NCBI GenBank assembly: GCA_000004985.1
Contig: GG738901.1
DNA from: Naegleria gruberi
Taxonomy: Eukaryota
Direction: 5' to 3' (one strand)
Length of the DNA: 64,000 bases
The position numbers and the translations under genes are program-made. Under the pieces are notes generated by a model. The model was not told the origin of the DNA. It did no database searches and worked only from the letters and a program-made list of their open reading frames with translations. The stretch's first letter is position 1. Each line of letters opens with the position of its first letter. Positions 45,365 through 55,422 of this stretch are shown piece after piece.

Positions 45365-45612
45365 AAAAGTGAGAAAAAAGTGACAGAAGGTTCAGGCAGA
45401 GCTTTTTTCACAGCAATCCAATCTTCCTGATTTCTGCCACCTATAGAATATTTGGTATATTTCTTAATAGTTTGTTTGCTGAATAGATTGCTGGTAATGT
45501 TAGTAAGGATAACATTTCCAATATGTTGTAAAAGAAATATGAGGGATATATTTTGGTTTATCTTTAATTTTTTGGATCGTTTTCTTTCCAAATTGAACTT
45601 TCATTAAGGCTC
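45365..45612 (+). repeat. dispersed ~250-300 bp repeat, copy C
   Basis: About 90% identical to copy B, in the same orientation. It has a short 5' tandem duplication AAAAAAGTGAG/AAAAAAGTGACAG. ORF 45352..45591 lies inside it. Confidence 0.65.
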
Positions 45613-45883
45613 CAAAATTAAACAATTTTCACAATTCAATACTTTCTTCTTAAATTCTAACAAAACATAAAAAATTTATTGATTGTGAACGCAAGTTAAG
45701 ATACACTCTCTTATGTGGACTGTTCAACAACACGGGTGTGGATTGGAATTGCTTTCTATGTGTGAAAAATTCAAGTATTAACCAATACAGACACATATTG
45801 TTGAATACAGCAAAATTTGTTGGACTATTTACAATTGTTTGGGTTGATTAGTTGATAAATTGTTGAGAGTACTACTCTGAATA

Positions 45884-48187
45884 TTATTGATTAGCAAAGA
45901 ATTTGTAGTACTTTTGATTTGGATTCTTTGATTTAAATTTGTACTCATCATAAATGTTGTGTCTCAAAACATATTGAGGCATGTAGTTCTTCTTACTAAA
46001 CAAAGCTTGTTGTTGTTGAAGAGATAATTCACCAGTATTGGTTGCATCGATGAATGTGAAATTGCCAGAGGATTGTTCCATATTTTGCATTTGCATTGGT
46101 TGTTGCATATTTTGCATTGTGTCATTAGTTTGAGGTGACATGGAGGCAATTGGAGAAGATTTCTTTCTAGCTTGTTTTTCAAATGCAACTTGAATATTAC
46201 CATCACTTTGACTTCTCTTCTTTCTATTTTCAACATTTGTAATCTTGGCAATGTTTGGTGAAACAACAGTTGCGTTTTGTTTAACATTTCCTTCATCATC
46301 ACAAGAGTAGGTATGGAATTGAAGTGAATTAGTTCTCTTATTTGAGGCTGCCATTTGCTTTCCAATGAGTACATTAGCAGATCCAGATCTAGATCTTGAA
46401 TTACTCCTAGTAGATGATGCAGTTGACATTGCATTAGAAATATAGGAAGTTGTAGGACTTCCATATGCAGTATTGTTAAAAGTATTTGGAGAGGATGAAT
46501 TTGACATGGATGGTGAAGGAATCATCATTCCCATAACAGGAGATGATGGTTCTGACATGGTATACAAATTTCCAACTCCATTTCCTCTATTAAATTGTTG
46601 TTGTTGTTGTTGTTGGATAACAATACCATTATTATTCATCATTTGATTATTAGTTGTCGCGCCATTAAACATGATTTGATTATTATTAGGGAAATTAACC
46701 ATAGTAGTGTTGGTATTTGGTGAATTATTACCACTGCCACTACCACCATTATTGTTAAACATGATATTTCCACCACCCATCAAATTACTGTTATTTGAAC
46801 TACTTCTGACATGAATATGTTTTTGTAAATTAATTGAACCTGATTGAGTAGAATCAATACTCATAACAGAAGAGGTAGAATTTGAACGCTTTTGTCTACC
46901 TGCCATTCTAATCAAGTTATTTTCAACCTTCTTAACTGGGAATTGATTATTGACAACCATTGAAGGTGATTGTGGAGTACCAACACTCATACTCATATTT
47001 TGGAATGGATTGATAAAAGTAGTTGGTGAGTTATTACCACTATTTGGAGTTGAAATCATATTATTATTATTAGTAGAAATAGCCATATTATGTTGTTGGG
47101 TATTCACCATCATGTTTTGTTGTTGCAATTGTTGCTGAATGGATAATTGATTCATAGATTGCATCATCATTAACATATCAACAGAATTATTAGAAGCAGT
47201 ATTATTAGCAGCATTATTAAAACCAACCAATTGTTGTGGTTGATGATAATTAGTTGCCTGTTGATGATTTACCATCATATTAGCAGCTGCATTATTAAAA
47301 CCATTATTATTATTAATATTAATATTATTCATATTATTATTCTGTTGTTGTTGTTGATCAAAGCCTTGAATTGGTAACATGACCAATTGGCCATTATTAT
47401 TATTACCATTGTTATTCGTACCAACTAGATGATTCTCTTGCTTGACTACAAAGTTTGTTTGCAAATTTCCAATCACTTGATGTCCGAGTGGACCAAACGA
47501 AATAACGCCATTATTATTATTATTATTAATAATATTGCTGTGTTGTGCGCCTACTACAGTGTTGTTTGCGTTATTGTTGTTGATAATATTATTGCGTTGT
47601 TGTTGTTGTGCTTGTTGATGATGATGAACGTTGGAAACTTGCAAACCGAGAGAGGAATCATAATCACTCAAGGCTTGATCAATTTCCTTATAGTAGAAAT
47701 CATTAGGGTTTTCATGTTGTTGTTGTTGTTGGTGGTGATGAGAAGCAATATTGAAATTATTGGCAGAGCCTTCATCGAGCAAGGAAGTAGTACTACTACC
47801 TTGTTGTGAATCGAATGGATGAGCAGAATTTCCCACCTGTTGTTGTTGTTGTTGACTTGCTGTGGAGGTTGAATAGAGTGAATGTTGTTGTGGTTGATTG
47901 TGTGAAGTATTGCTATAATTATTATTAACATGAGTTGGTTGGTCAAAGGAACCGAAAGTGTTGGAATCCAAATAGGAAACACCATTACCAGTGGCAGATT
48001 GTGAAAATTGAGAGTTTGTTGGATTATTAATGAAAGAATTCATGAGGTCATGTGTGGAAGTTTGTGAGAGGAGTAATTCAAAGTCATCAGTGTCAATAAA
48101 GTCATCTTCAATATTGTTGTTATCATTGAGAGAGGAAACAACCGACGAAGAAACACCAAGAGAACGATAAGGATCTTCGTTAGACAT
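45884..48187 (-). CDS. Gln/Asn-rich low-complexity (prion-like) protein, 767 aa
   Basis: ATG at 48187 in a continuous ORF, with poly-N and poly-Q tracts throughout. The C-terminal roughly 60 residues are ordered and basic (KNYMPQYVLRHNIYDEYKFKSK). Confidence 0.7.
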   Translation of the reverse strand: MSNEDPYRSLGVSSSVVSSLNDNNNIEDDFIDTDDFELLLSQTSTHDLMNSFINNPTNSQFSQSATGNGVSYLDSNTFGSFDQPTHVNNNYSNTSHNQPQQHSLYSTSTASQQQQQQVGNSAHPFDSQQGSSTTSLLDEGSANNFNIASHHHQQQQQHENPNDFYYKEIDQALSDYDSSLGLQVSNVHHHQQAQQQQRNNIINNNNANNTVVGAQHSNIINNNNNNGVISFGPLGHQVIGNLQTNFVVKQENHLVGTNNNGNNNNGQLVMLPIQGFDQQQQQNNNMNNININNNNGFNNAAANMMVNHQQATNYHQPQQLVGFNNAANNTASNNSVDMLMMMQSMNQLSIQQQLQQQNMMVNTQQHNMAISTNNNNMISTPNSGNNSPTTFINPFQNMSMSVGTPQSPSMVVNNQFPVKKVENNLIRMAGRQKRSNSTSSVMSIDSTQSGSINLQKHIHVRSSSNNSNLMGGGNIMFNNNGGSGSGNNSPNTNTTMVNFPNNNQIMFNGATTNNQMMNNNGIVIQQQQQQQFNRGNGVGNLYTMSEPSSPVMGMMIPSPSMSNSSSPNTFNNTAYGSPTTSYISNAMSTASSTRSNSRSRSGSANVLIGKQMAASNKRTNSLQFHTYSCDDEGNVKQNATVVSPNIAKITNVENRKKRSQSDGNIQVAFEKQARKKSSPIASMSPQTNDTMQNMQQPMQMQNMEQSSGNFTFIDATNTGELSLQQQQALFSKKNYMPQYVLRHNIYDEYKFKSKNPNQKYYKFFANQ

Positions 48188-48703
48188 TTTATTTTGAATA
48201 TTTTTTAACTGACAGCTGTCTGAATTGAGTCTTGACTTTACAGGAAATTACCTTAGGATATCATCGGCAGTTTAGTTGAGATTACGCAGGTTGCTAAAAC
48301 TACTCTGTTATCCCAATACCCTCACAAGATTTCAAGGTATAATAATAATCTTTAAAAAACCATTCATTGTTAAAATTTAATTATCAACTTGGTCAACTAT
48401 AATTCTTGTAAACAAAAACGAATCGTTGGAAGAATCCAAGTGATCGGGGCCAAAACTCGTCGAAGAGGCAGCGCCAATATAACCCTTTCGATTTGGATAT
48501 GCCTGTTGCTTTTCACAGATGGCACAAAAGAACTAGAATTGAAATTGTAAACGCGCTCGGTTGGTCTATTAGACATTCGCATAAATTTTCATTGAAACTC
48601 TTTATCCTTGAGAATCAGGACTACCTAACAGAGTAACCATTCAACCAATAAGATTGATTCAATGGAGAACACTAAGGTGTTATTCAACACAGTTGTTTGA
48701 TTT

Positions 48704-49570
48704 CTACTGTAGATTCAAGCCCGTAGTTGATTGTTGGTTTAGTGCTGGATAATAAAGTAAATGTCTAAAGGTTAGGGAAATTCTTCTTGGAAACCTCTTT
48801 TTTCTTTTAATTCCATGTTTCCAGTCATATCTTCCTTCCTTAGACATAATCAATAAAGAGTTTGGTTCCAATGTTAATTTAAATTTCATATCTGGATTGT
48901 TTGCACTCTCAAAATCCATTTGGCATTCGTTCACCAATGAAAGACAAACTATTTCCTTTCCAAATACCTTTACATTATCTACATGTTTGGCAATTGACTG
49001 CTCATAATATTCCTGAACTAAACATTGATTAATTCTATCATCTATGACTTGTTCTAGAGATGGTGCTTCCCATTCAAAAGAGGAAGGATCATTTGAATTT
49101 TCATAATACTCATCCAACCCTTTAATTTCCTCATCTTTCATAAAGTTAATTCCGAAATCCCTTTCAACAGGCTTTGAAACAAACGACAATTCATCAAGCA
49201 AGAGTGGTGATTTTCTCATTGGTTGCAAGCCTGGATGAAATAATTTAGTAAAATAGTAGTGAATTCCATAGCATTGAATTCTTCGGGAAAGTAGTGAATC
49301 ATACCACGAATGATTATCGAGAGTACTTAATAATTTACTTCCCTCATCATGGGAAAGATAATTCGGAACATAAATTAATCCTTCAATTTCTTCACCAGTA
49401 ATTGGATTCTTCACATAACCTGATGAATTACCAGAGGCAGTTGGTACATGTTGATCCGACACATCACTAGTTGAATAACAAGCTTTTTGTACTATTGATA
49501 ATAGAGAAGGAAGGCTTTGAAAATTATTTCTCTTGTTGTGCATGAGAGCGGGAAGGAATTTTTTGAGCAT
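48704..49570 (-). CDS. AlkB-like 2OG-Fe(II) dioxygenase (ALKBH7-like, probably mitochondrial), 288 aa
   Basis: ATG at 49570. An N-terminal basic/hydroxylated presequence MLKKFLPALMHNKRNNFQSL, an HxD (KHVDN), a downstream His (DWKHGI) and the AlkB-family 2OG-binding motif RISLTFR. Confidence 0.7.
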   Translation of the reverse strand: MLKKFLPALMHNKRNNFQSLPSLLSIVQKACYSTSDVSDQHVPTASGNSSGYVKNPITGEEIEGLIYVPNYLSHDEGSKLLSTLDNHSWYDSLLSRRIQCYGIHYYFTKLFHPGLQPMRKSPLLLDELSFVSKPVERDFGINFMKDEEIKGLDEYYENSNDPSSFEWEAPSLEQVIDDRINQCLVQEYYEQSIAKHVDNVKVFGKEIVCLSLVNECQMDFESANNPDMKFKLTLEPNSLLIMSKEGRYDWKHGIKRKKRFPRRISLTFRHLLYYPALNQQSTTGLNLQ

Positions 49571-49786
49571 TCTTTTGAAATTATTTCTGAATATTACATT
49601 TGTTTATTAATTTAATATTTTCAATTAAATAGCAGGGTAAAATTTTGAAATATTTGTTTTAATGAGTCCTTCTCTTGGTCGTTCATTAATATCTTCCTTG
49701 TTTATTCATGGAGTTGATTACTGTATTCCGATTTGCCAACTTTTAGTGGAATTGTAATGTTAGCAATTTAAAATAAACCAAAAAAA

Positions 49787-52135
49787 ATGGCGCGTACACG
49801 AGGTAGCATTAGAAATAATGGCTATCCAGATGTTACTAGAATGGCTCCTCGTAAATTATATTTAGAAGAAAAACCACCAATAAAAGAATATTTGAGAAGG
49901 TTTGAAAAAGCACTCAGTAGTAATCCTGATGAATTTGATATGACTGTGTATGAGGCTTGTCCCGATATTACCAAACTTTGGATTATTCAAGATCAGAGAA
50001 AGCCAAAAGTAGTTGATCAAGAAATCTCGTGGGAGGGTTCATTTGAATTGTTGGAACATTTACCAAATGAATTAAAATTGGAAATTATTGATTTTATTCC
50101 AACCCGTAGTTTGCATCAAATGCATAGAAGAAGACTTGAAAAATTGGGAGAAGATATTTTAATGGAGTCTGTGAATGAGAAATGTTTATATTATTTGGAT
50201 AAACCTTTTGTGACCTATCACAAGATGAGAATAATTAACAAGGAGTGTGCCAGAAGAATGAATTTAAAGATTTTAGCAACTGACAGCTTTGATCTGTCAT
50301 CTTTTCACGATGAGATTTCAGTTGATAGAAAAAGGTCATTGTACTATTTTTTAGAGTTCATACGAGTACAATCTTTATTGGAACGAAAAGAAATTTCCTT
50401 AGATAATCCGTTTATATATGAAGGAGTTGAAAATATCAAAAAGTTGGACAAGAAAATATTCATTTCCGAACCAGAATTATTTCCTAAAAACACGGATATT
50501 CCTTCTACAGATCAAAATGAGCCAATAAGCTCGGAAACTTTTCAAACAATCACTACTGAACTTGAAGATGAAAAATTGGAAGACTTGCTTTCTGAAAAAC
50601 TATCCATCTACGTAACTCCTACAAGAAGAAGACGTAAACCACAATTTGTAGAAAAAAGGGACACAAAAGCTATTGAAAAGGCTCAATTTTATCAAGAACT
50701 AGTTCCAGCAGATAACATTCCGACAAAAATTACTTTAGACCATCTGAATGCTAATTTTCTTGAGGAGGTATCACAATATTTAGGAGAAAATAATACTATC
50801 AAGCACATAGTATTTAGTGGAATGGATTCGGCATTTCTTACTTGGATATTGAAATCACTCAAAGGGTTGAAAACAGTTGACATGGTATCTTGTGTTGTAC
50901 CGCCTTACTTTGTGACCGATCAAGGCAATTTGCACAATATTGAAAGGATATCTTTTTTCAATTGTGCAAATGTTTTTATAGACGAGTTTGAAAATCTTGC
51001 AAACTCTCTTTCAAGATCTTGTATAATAGAAAGCTTTCTTAATGATGAGGAGGAGCATTGTGACTTTGATGGCCAGTTCAAATACTTTGTCAATGATGAA
51101 CTCCAAACTGAATCAATTGGTGATGATAATGAGAAGCTCGTGATTCATTCCCACTCAAACGACACTTTCATCTTGAACGAGAGAATGAAGACTTTTTTTT
51201 CGTATGATTATTTCAGATGCACAGGTGCAAATCATCCTTTAAATTTCTTACAATTCCAAGATGCCCTCCCAATCAAACAAAAGAAAAATATTTCTGAATT
51301 CATGTTTAAGGAGAAAAGGATTCCAATAGAATTCTCCATAGCAATGATAGCAAATAATGAGCCAAATCTCATTTACTGTTATATTATTTATTTGGCTAAT
51401 ACCTATCAGAATGGTAGATTGCAAACGCCTACCGTTGATGGAACAATTTCTAGCTTAAAATATGGATGGATACCAACAAAAATGATGCAAGAACTCACTC
51501 TCAACACCCTAACATCAGATTACCTACCTTTAGCACTGAACTATATGAAAAACAAACTATCTGTAAGAATATTTGCCCAATTTTTGAGAGATTTATTGCT
51601 TGAGAGGATTTTTGGACACAACACTAACGATAATGAATTATTTGCCATTTATACAGTTATTAAGAAGGTTTTACCCACAGAAGAGAAACATGTATTATAT
51701 GAACATGTTAAATGCATTTCAAACAAAAATGCTGAAAAGTATTTGCCTTCTGTTACCGTTCCTATCCTGGGTCTAATTTTCAACAATTTCCAACTTGGTG
51801 TTGCATTGTTGAATGAAATGAGTGACTATGAGTTGCTTTTTCAAAATGAGTTGGGAGACACAATTTTACATTTTCCATTGGCTCATGATAATTTACTTAT
51901 CAATATGATTTTAGAAAAACAACCCAAATTAGCTAAAATTGTAAATAATTACAATAGCACAATTCTTCATAACTTTACAGCAGATAATTACTATCGTATT
52001 CCAGTAATTTACAACCTGATTCACAAATTTGATGCAGATCCAAATCATAGAGACATATTTGGCAACACACCATTTGATGAAGGCAATTTCAATTTTGATT
52101 ACGAGACAGGTATTATATCTCATAGATTCAACTAA
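49787..52135 (+). CDS. F-box plus ankyrin-repeat hypothetical protein, 782 aa
   Basis: ATG at 49787. An F-box-like FELLEHLPNELKLEIIDFIPTRSLHQMHRRR and C-terminal ankyrin-like repeats (GDTILHFPLAHDNLLINMIL...). Its stop overlaps the stop of the convergent gene below by 2 nt. Confidence 0.6.
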   Translation: MARTRGSIRNNGYPDVTRMAPRKLYLEEKPPIKEYLRRFEKALSSNPDEFDMTVYEACPDITKLWIIQDQRKPKVVDQEISWEGSFELLEHLPNELKLEIIDFIPTRSLHQMHRRRLEKLGEDILMESVNEKCLYYLDKPFVTYHKMRIINKECARRMNLKILATDSFDLSSFHDEISVDRKRSLYYFLEFIRVQSLLERKEISLDNPFIYEGVENIKKLDKKIFISEPELFPKNTDIPSTDQNEPISSETFQTITTELEDEKLEDLLSEKLSIYVTPTRRRRKPQFVEKRDTKAIEKAQFYQELVPADNIPTKITLDHLNANFLEEVSQYLGENNTIKHIVFSGMDSAFLTWILKSLKGLKTVDMVSCVVPPYFVTDQGNLHNIERISFFNCANVFIDEFENLANSLSRSCIIESFLNDEEEHCDFDGQFKYFVNDELQTESIGDDNEKLVIHSHSNDTFILNERMKTFFSYDYFRCTGANHPLNFLQFQDALPIKQKKNISEFMFKEKRIPIEFSIAMIANNEPNLIYCYIIYLANTYQNGRLQTPTVDGTISSLKYGWIPTKMMQELTLNTLTSDYLPLALNYMKNKLSVRIFAQFLRDLLLERIFGHNTNDNELFAIYTVIKKVLPTEEKHVLYEHVKCISNKNAEKYLPSVTVPILGLIFNNFQLGVALLNEMSDYELLFQNELGDTILHFPLAHDNLLINMILEKQPKLAKIVNNYNSTILHNFTADNYYRIPVIYNLIHKFDADPNHRDIFGNTPFDEGNFNFDYETGIISHRFN

Positions 52136-53490
52136 AATAGCATTACTTTTGAAATATCTTCATCATTAATAAAATAGCTCATCTTCAGTCTAGGAACTGA
52201 ATTAGCTTGAATTGCATGCTCCACTTTTTCAATACATGCAGCTACTGTTTTGGAGGCACATCTAATAATTATCTTCTCCACTTGATTTGGATAGGCAGTA
52301 TGAATCTTTGCGTAAATATCAGGATCTTGCTCTGCACTGTCTCCTAAAAAAAGAAACTTTCTTTTTGGATAAGATCTAATAATTTGGTGAATACTTTCAG
52401 GTTTGGATATCTTGCTTGATTTTAGCATGGTAAAAAATGTGTAATTATCTAGGTGAGAAACACGTAAGTGGAAACTTCCAATTGGAAATCTATTATCTAA
52501 AATAAACGATTCCAATTTGTTGTATAATACGAATGGGCTACTGCTAACATAGTGGAAATTTGTTGATGGATAGGTTGTTTTGAGTTTTACAAATGTTTCG
52601 TTAATGTAAGGTACAGCCCTGAATGGGTTGAAGGTTCTTTTCATCATTTCAGATAAACCTGATGTTACATTAGTGATTTTAATACTATCATCGATATCAC
52701 TAATAACAGAGTAAAGAGAGCTTTCTTCCAAAAATGCATCACAGTTAAAGAGTATTTGTCCATTCTTGATATGATCCAATATTTGTACCGTATAATTCAT
52801 CCATTCCACCTTGTTATCACAAAATAGTTCCTTATATCTATTTTTTTCCATTGCAATTTCATGATAAAAATATCCATACTCATCACTTTTGAGAGTAAAA
52901 TTTCTATTCAATAGAGGAATGAAAACATTAATTTTCATTTGAGATGGTGCAGCAAATCTCAAAAAGAACAATTCCAATTCCTTGAAAATTGAATACTCAA
53001 TATTGAATGCAAATTGCATGACATTGAATAAAAATTTCAAATACAACTTGTAGGTCAAATGCACCAAATGATGAAATTCTGAGAGGTAACTTGTCTTGGA
53101 ATCCTCCACTTTGAATCTAAATAATTGGTGATAATAAAACTCCAAATCAGTATTATAATAAATGTATCCAAATATTGGCAATTGAAAATGTGTTGAATTA
53201 GTCTTTGTAAATGTCCTAAACGTGTCAACATGCAAAGGATCATTAACCACTGAATCATTACTCAATGAGACAGATGATAATAAAACATCATCAAACCTAA
53301 CCTGGTCAATAGTCCCATCTCCATCCAAATCAATTTCTTCTCCTTTCCATTTGAATGGAACCACATAACTCGTATAGAATGAATAAACAAACAACATTCC
53401 GATCATCATCATGTAGATTAGTGTCGAATACTTGAGCGAAAATTTAATCAAAGCTCGCAAGCAGTGAAAGGTTTTCCTTGTTCGAGACAT
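52132..53490 (-). CDS. type-II membrane protein with App1-like (DUF2183) phosphatidate-phosphatase-type C-terminal domain, 452 aa
   Basis: ATG at 53490. An N-terminal TM helix LIYMMMIGMLFVYSFYTSYV, an EF-hand-like DLDGDGTID, and a C-terminal FLFLGDSAEQDPDIYAKIHTAYPNQVEKIIIR resembling the GDSGxxDxEIY core of App1/DUF2183. Confidence 0.5.
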   Translation of the reverse strand: MSRTRKTFHCLRALIKFSLKYSTLIYMMMIGMLFVYSFYTSYVVPFKWKGEEIDLDGDGTIDQVRFDDVLLSSVSLSNDSVVNDPLHVDTFRTFTKTNSTHFQLPIFGYIYYNTDLEFYYHQLFRFKVEDSKTSYLSEFHHLVHLTYKLYLKFLFNVMQFAFNIEYSIFKELELFFLRFAAPSQMKINVFIPLLNRNFTLKSDEYGYFYHEIAMEKNRYKELFCDNKVEWMNYTVQILDHIKNGQILFNCDAFLEESSLYSVISDIDDSIKITNVTSGLSEMMKRTFNPFRAVPYINETFVKLKTTYPSTNFHYVSSSPFVLYNKLESFILDNRFPIGSFHLRVSHLDNYTFFTMLKSSKISKPESIHQIIRSYPKRKFLFLGDSAEQDPDIYAKIHTAYPNQVEKIIIRCASKTVAACIEKVEHAIQANSVPRLKMSYFINDEDISKVMLF

Positions 53491-54066
53491 TTTTTCAAAG
53501 GCTTGTTTTATAATTTTCCAATATCCCTCCTCCTTTTAAAACCCCACCAACAATTGAATTATTTTCATTGTGATAGGATACATGTTCTTCTTATTGACTT
53601 GAGCGGAAAATTCTTTTTTAAATGATGAATTGAATATATATTTGTTTAATTGTGCCTCCTAGCTAGACTACTTTCGATTTGATTATTTTCCAAATGGTGG
53701 AATCATTATTGGAGGATTTCCTAATAATTTCCTCTTCCATTATGGAGCCAGTAACATTTGTTTGTTTTTTCCACTTAGCAAAAATCTTAAATTGAGTTCA
53801 ATTTTCCATAAGAAAGCAAGAACAATGAGCTTATCATGAACTCTCAATATCTGGCTTGGGAATTAAGCATGATGAGAAGGAAATGAATTGTTGTTTGATC
53901 CTTAATGAGTGATACAATAATTCCCTCCCTTCTCCCTTTTTACAACCTTCGTTGCGCATGTTCAAACCTATAACTTGCTTCCATTTTCTTGTTATTGCCA
54001 TTTTCAAATGAATTCAGAGTCTGTGTAATTCCATTCTTTTCCGTTCTATCCTCCCTTAATTAAAAT

Positions 54067-55008
54067 TTATTCTTGTTCTTCTTGTTCACTCGCTTCTTGT
54101 TCAACTTCAGATTCTTCCTCTTCATGTTGTGTTGCGTTATGTGTTGGAGCAGACGAGTTATTGTAACTTTGTGCAAAACCTTGACTTACACTAGTCTTGT
54201 TGGTTTGTTTTGAGGTATTACCTATCCTTGGTTGTTTTGGAATGCTCCACGAGGCCTCTTTGACAGGAATAAAAGTACTGACCTTTTTATCGAAAACTAC
54301 CACAAAAACAGAACCAATATTAGGATCGAAATTTTCTCCATACTGTACAGATTTTAGGTCAACATCTTTCGGGAGATGATATTCTGTTATTGAGAATGTT
54401 TCTAACGAATGTTGTGTGTTCTCTGTTAGTCCAGCTAGGTCGAAAAAAGAAGAAAAACAGTATTCCAAGTTTTCCGTTGTAAACAATGCACGAACTGTCA
54501 CAGTAATTGTGAACGTTCTTTCAGTGGTGGAAACACCTTTAAATTCGAACAGTAGGTGATCGTTTGGATAGCGGAACACAAAGAAACGTTGTTTGTGAGT
54601 CTCAAATCTAAACGGCTTCAAATAGGATACCTCAGATTGCTCAACAACTTTGGACGCTTTGATTGGACTTTTAAATACTGGAGGTTCTTTATCTTCCTCA
54701 AAGTCTGACTCCTCTTCAAAGCGTTCGTCATCTTGTGTACCTTCTGCAGCTTTGTCCACGTTTTTTTGTTCATCCCTTAATGCCGGAACTATAACATCGT
54801 ACCAATTATGTTTTACCTGGGAAAAAGTAAATCCGTGTTCTTTAGCAAAATTGGTAAGGTTTGTTGTTTTTGTTTCGTTCTGATGTTTGTCCATAAAGTT
54901 CTTCAACATATCACGAAACTTGACAGTGAATCTTTTGGATTTCTTCTCCTCGGCATCTTCATCCACACGTTTTCTCTTATTGTTTGAGCGTTGTTTCTTT
55001 GGTGCCAT
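54067..55008 (-). CDS. basic/acidic nuclear-type hypothetical protein, about 313 aa
   Basis: The preferred start is MAPKKQRSNNKRKRVDE (a classic NLS-like N-terminus); an upstream in-frame ATG at 55053 would add MFLFMFTELFRSNEK. Acidic tracts and a C-terminal EEEESEVEQEASEQEEQE. Confidence 0.5.
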   Translation of the reverse strand: MAPKKQRSNNKRKRVDEDAEEKKSKRFTVKFRDMLKNFMDKHQNETKTTNLTNFAKEHGFTFSQVKHNWYDVIVPALRDEQKNVDKAAEGTQDDERFEEESDFEEDKEPPVFKSPIKASKVVEQSEVSYLKPFRFETHKQRFFVFRYPNDHLLFEFKGVSTTERTFTITVTVRALFTTENLEYCFSSFFDLAGLTENTQHSLETFSITEYHLPKDVDLKSVQYGENFDPNIGSVFVVVFDKKVSTFIPVKEASWSIPKQPRIGNTSKQTNKTSVSQGFAQSYNNSSAPTHNATQHEEEESEVEQEASEQEEQE

Positions 55009-55422
55009 TTTTTCATTTGACCGGAACAGTTCAGTAAACATGAACAAAAACATGTGCTACCCACTACGTAGATTCAAATGGTTCATGTTAATTGTTATTC
55101 TGTGAGAGGTTTGAATTTCTTAATATTGCCAATCAATTCATATAATAACCTTGAGAGTGAAGCAACCTTCTTAGTAAATTCAATTAATTTTGAAGGTTTC
55201 TTCATAATCGGATATGTTGATGAAAATTAACTTAAAAAATCTTTTTTTAATCAAATTTTCAAAAAAAAAGCCCAACAACCACCACTGTTGCCCTTTGTGT
55301 TTTAAAAACATTGGAAGATAAATAGATTATTTGGAACACTTGGAATTTAATATAGTTTTTTTAAGGAGTTGTTGTTATCATTGGGTTTTTTGGAAATAAT
55401 TAATATATAAATCATCATCAAA

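Noticed and set aside
40365-45612. Interpreting repeat copies B and C as LTRs of an LTR retrotransposon enclosing 40643-45120
   Set aside because: The enclosed genes are host-type (propeller protein, GST, P4H-F-box) on both strands with their own introns; there is no gag/pol/RT/integrase signature.
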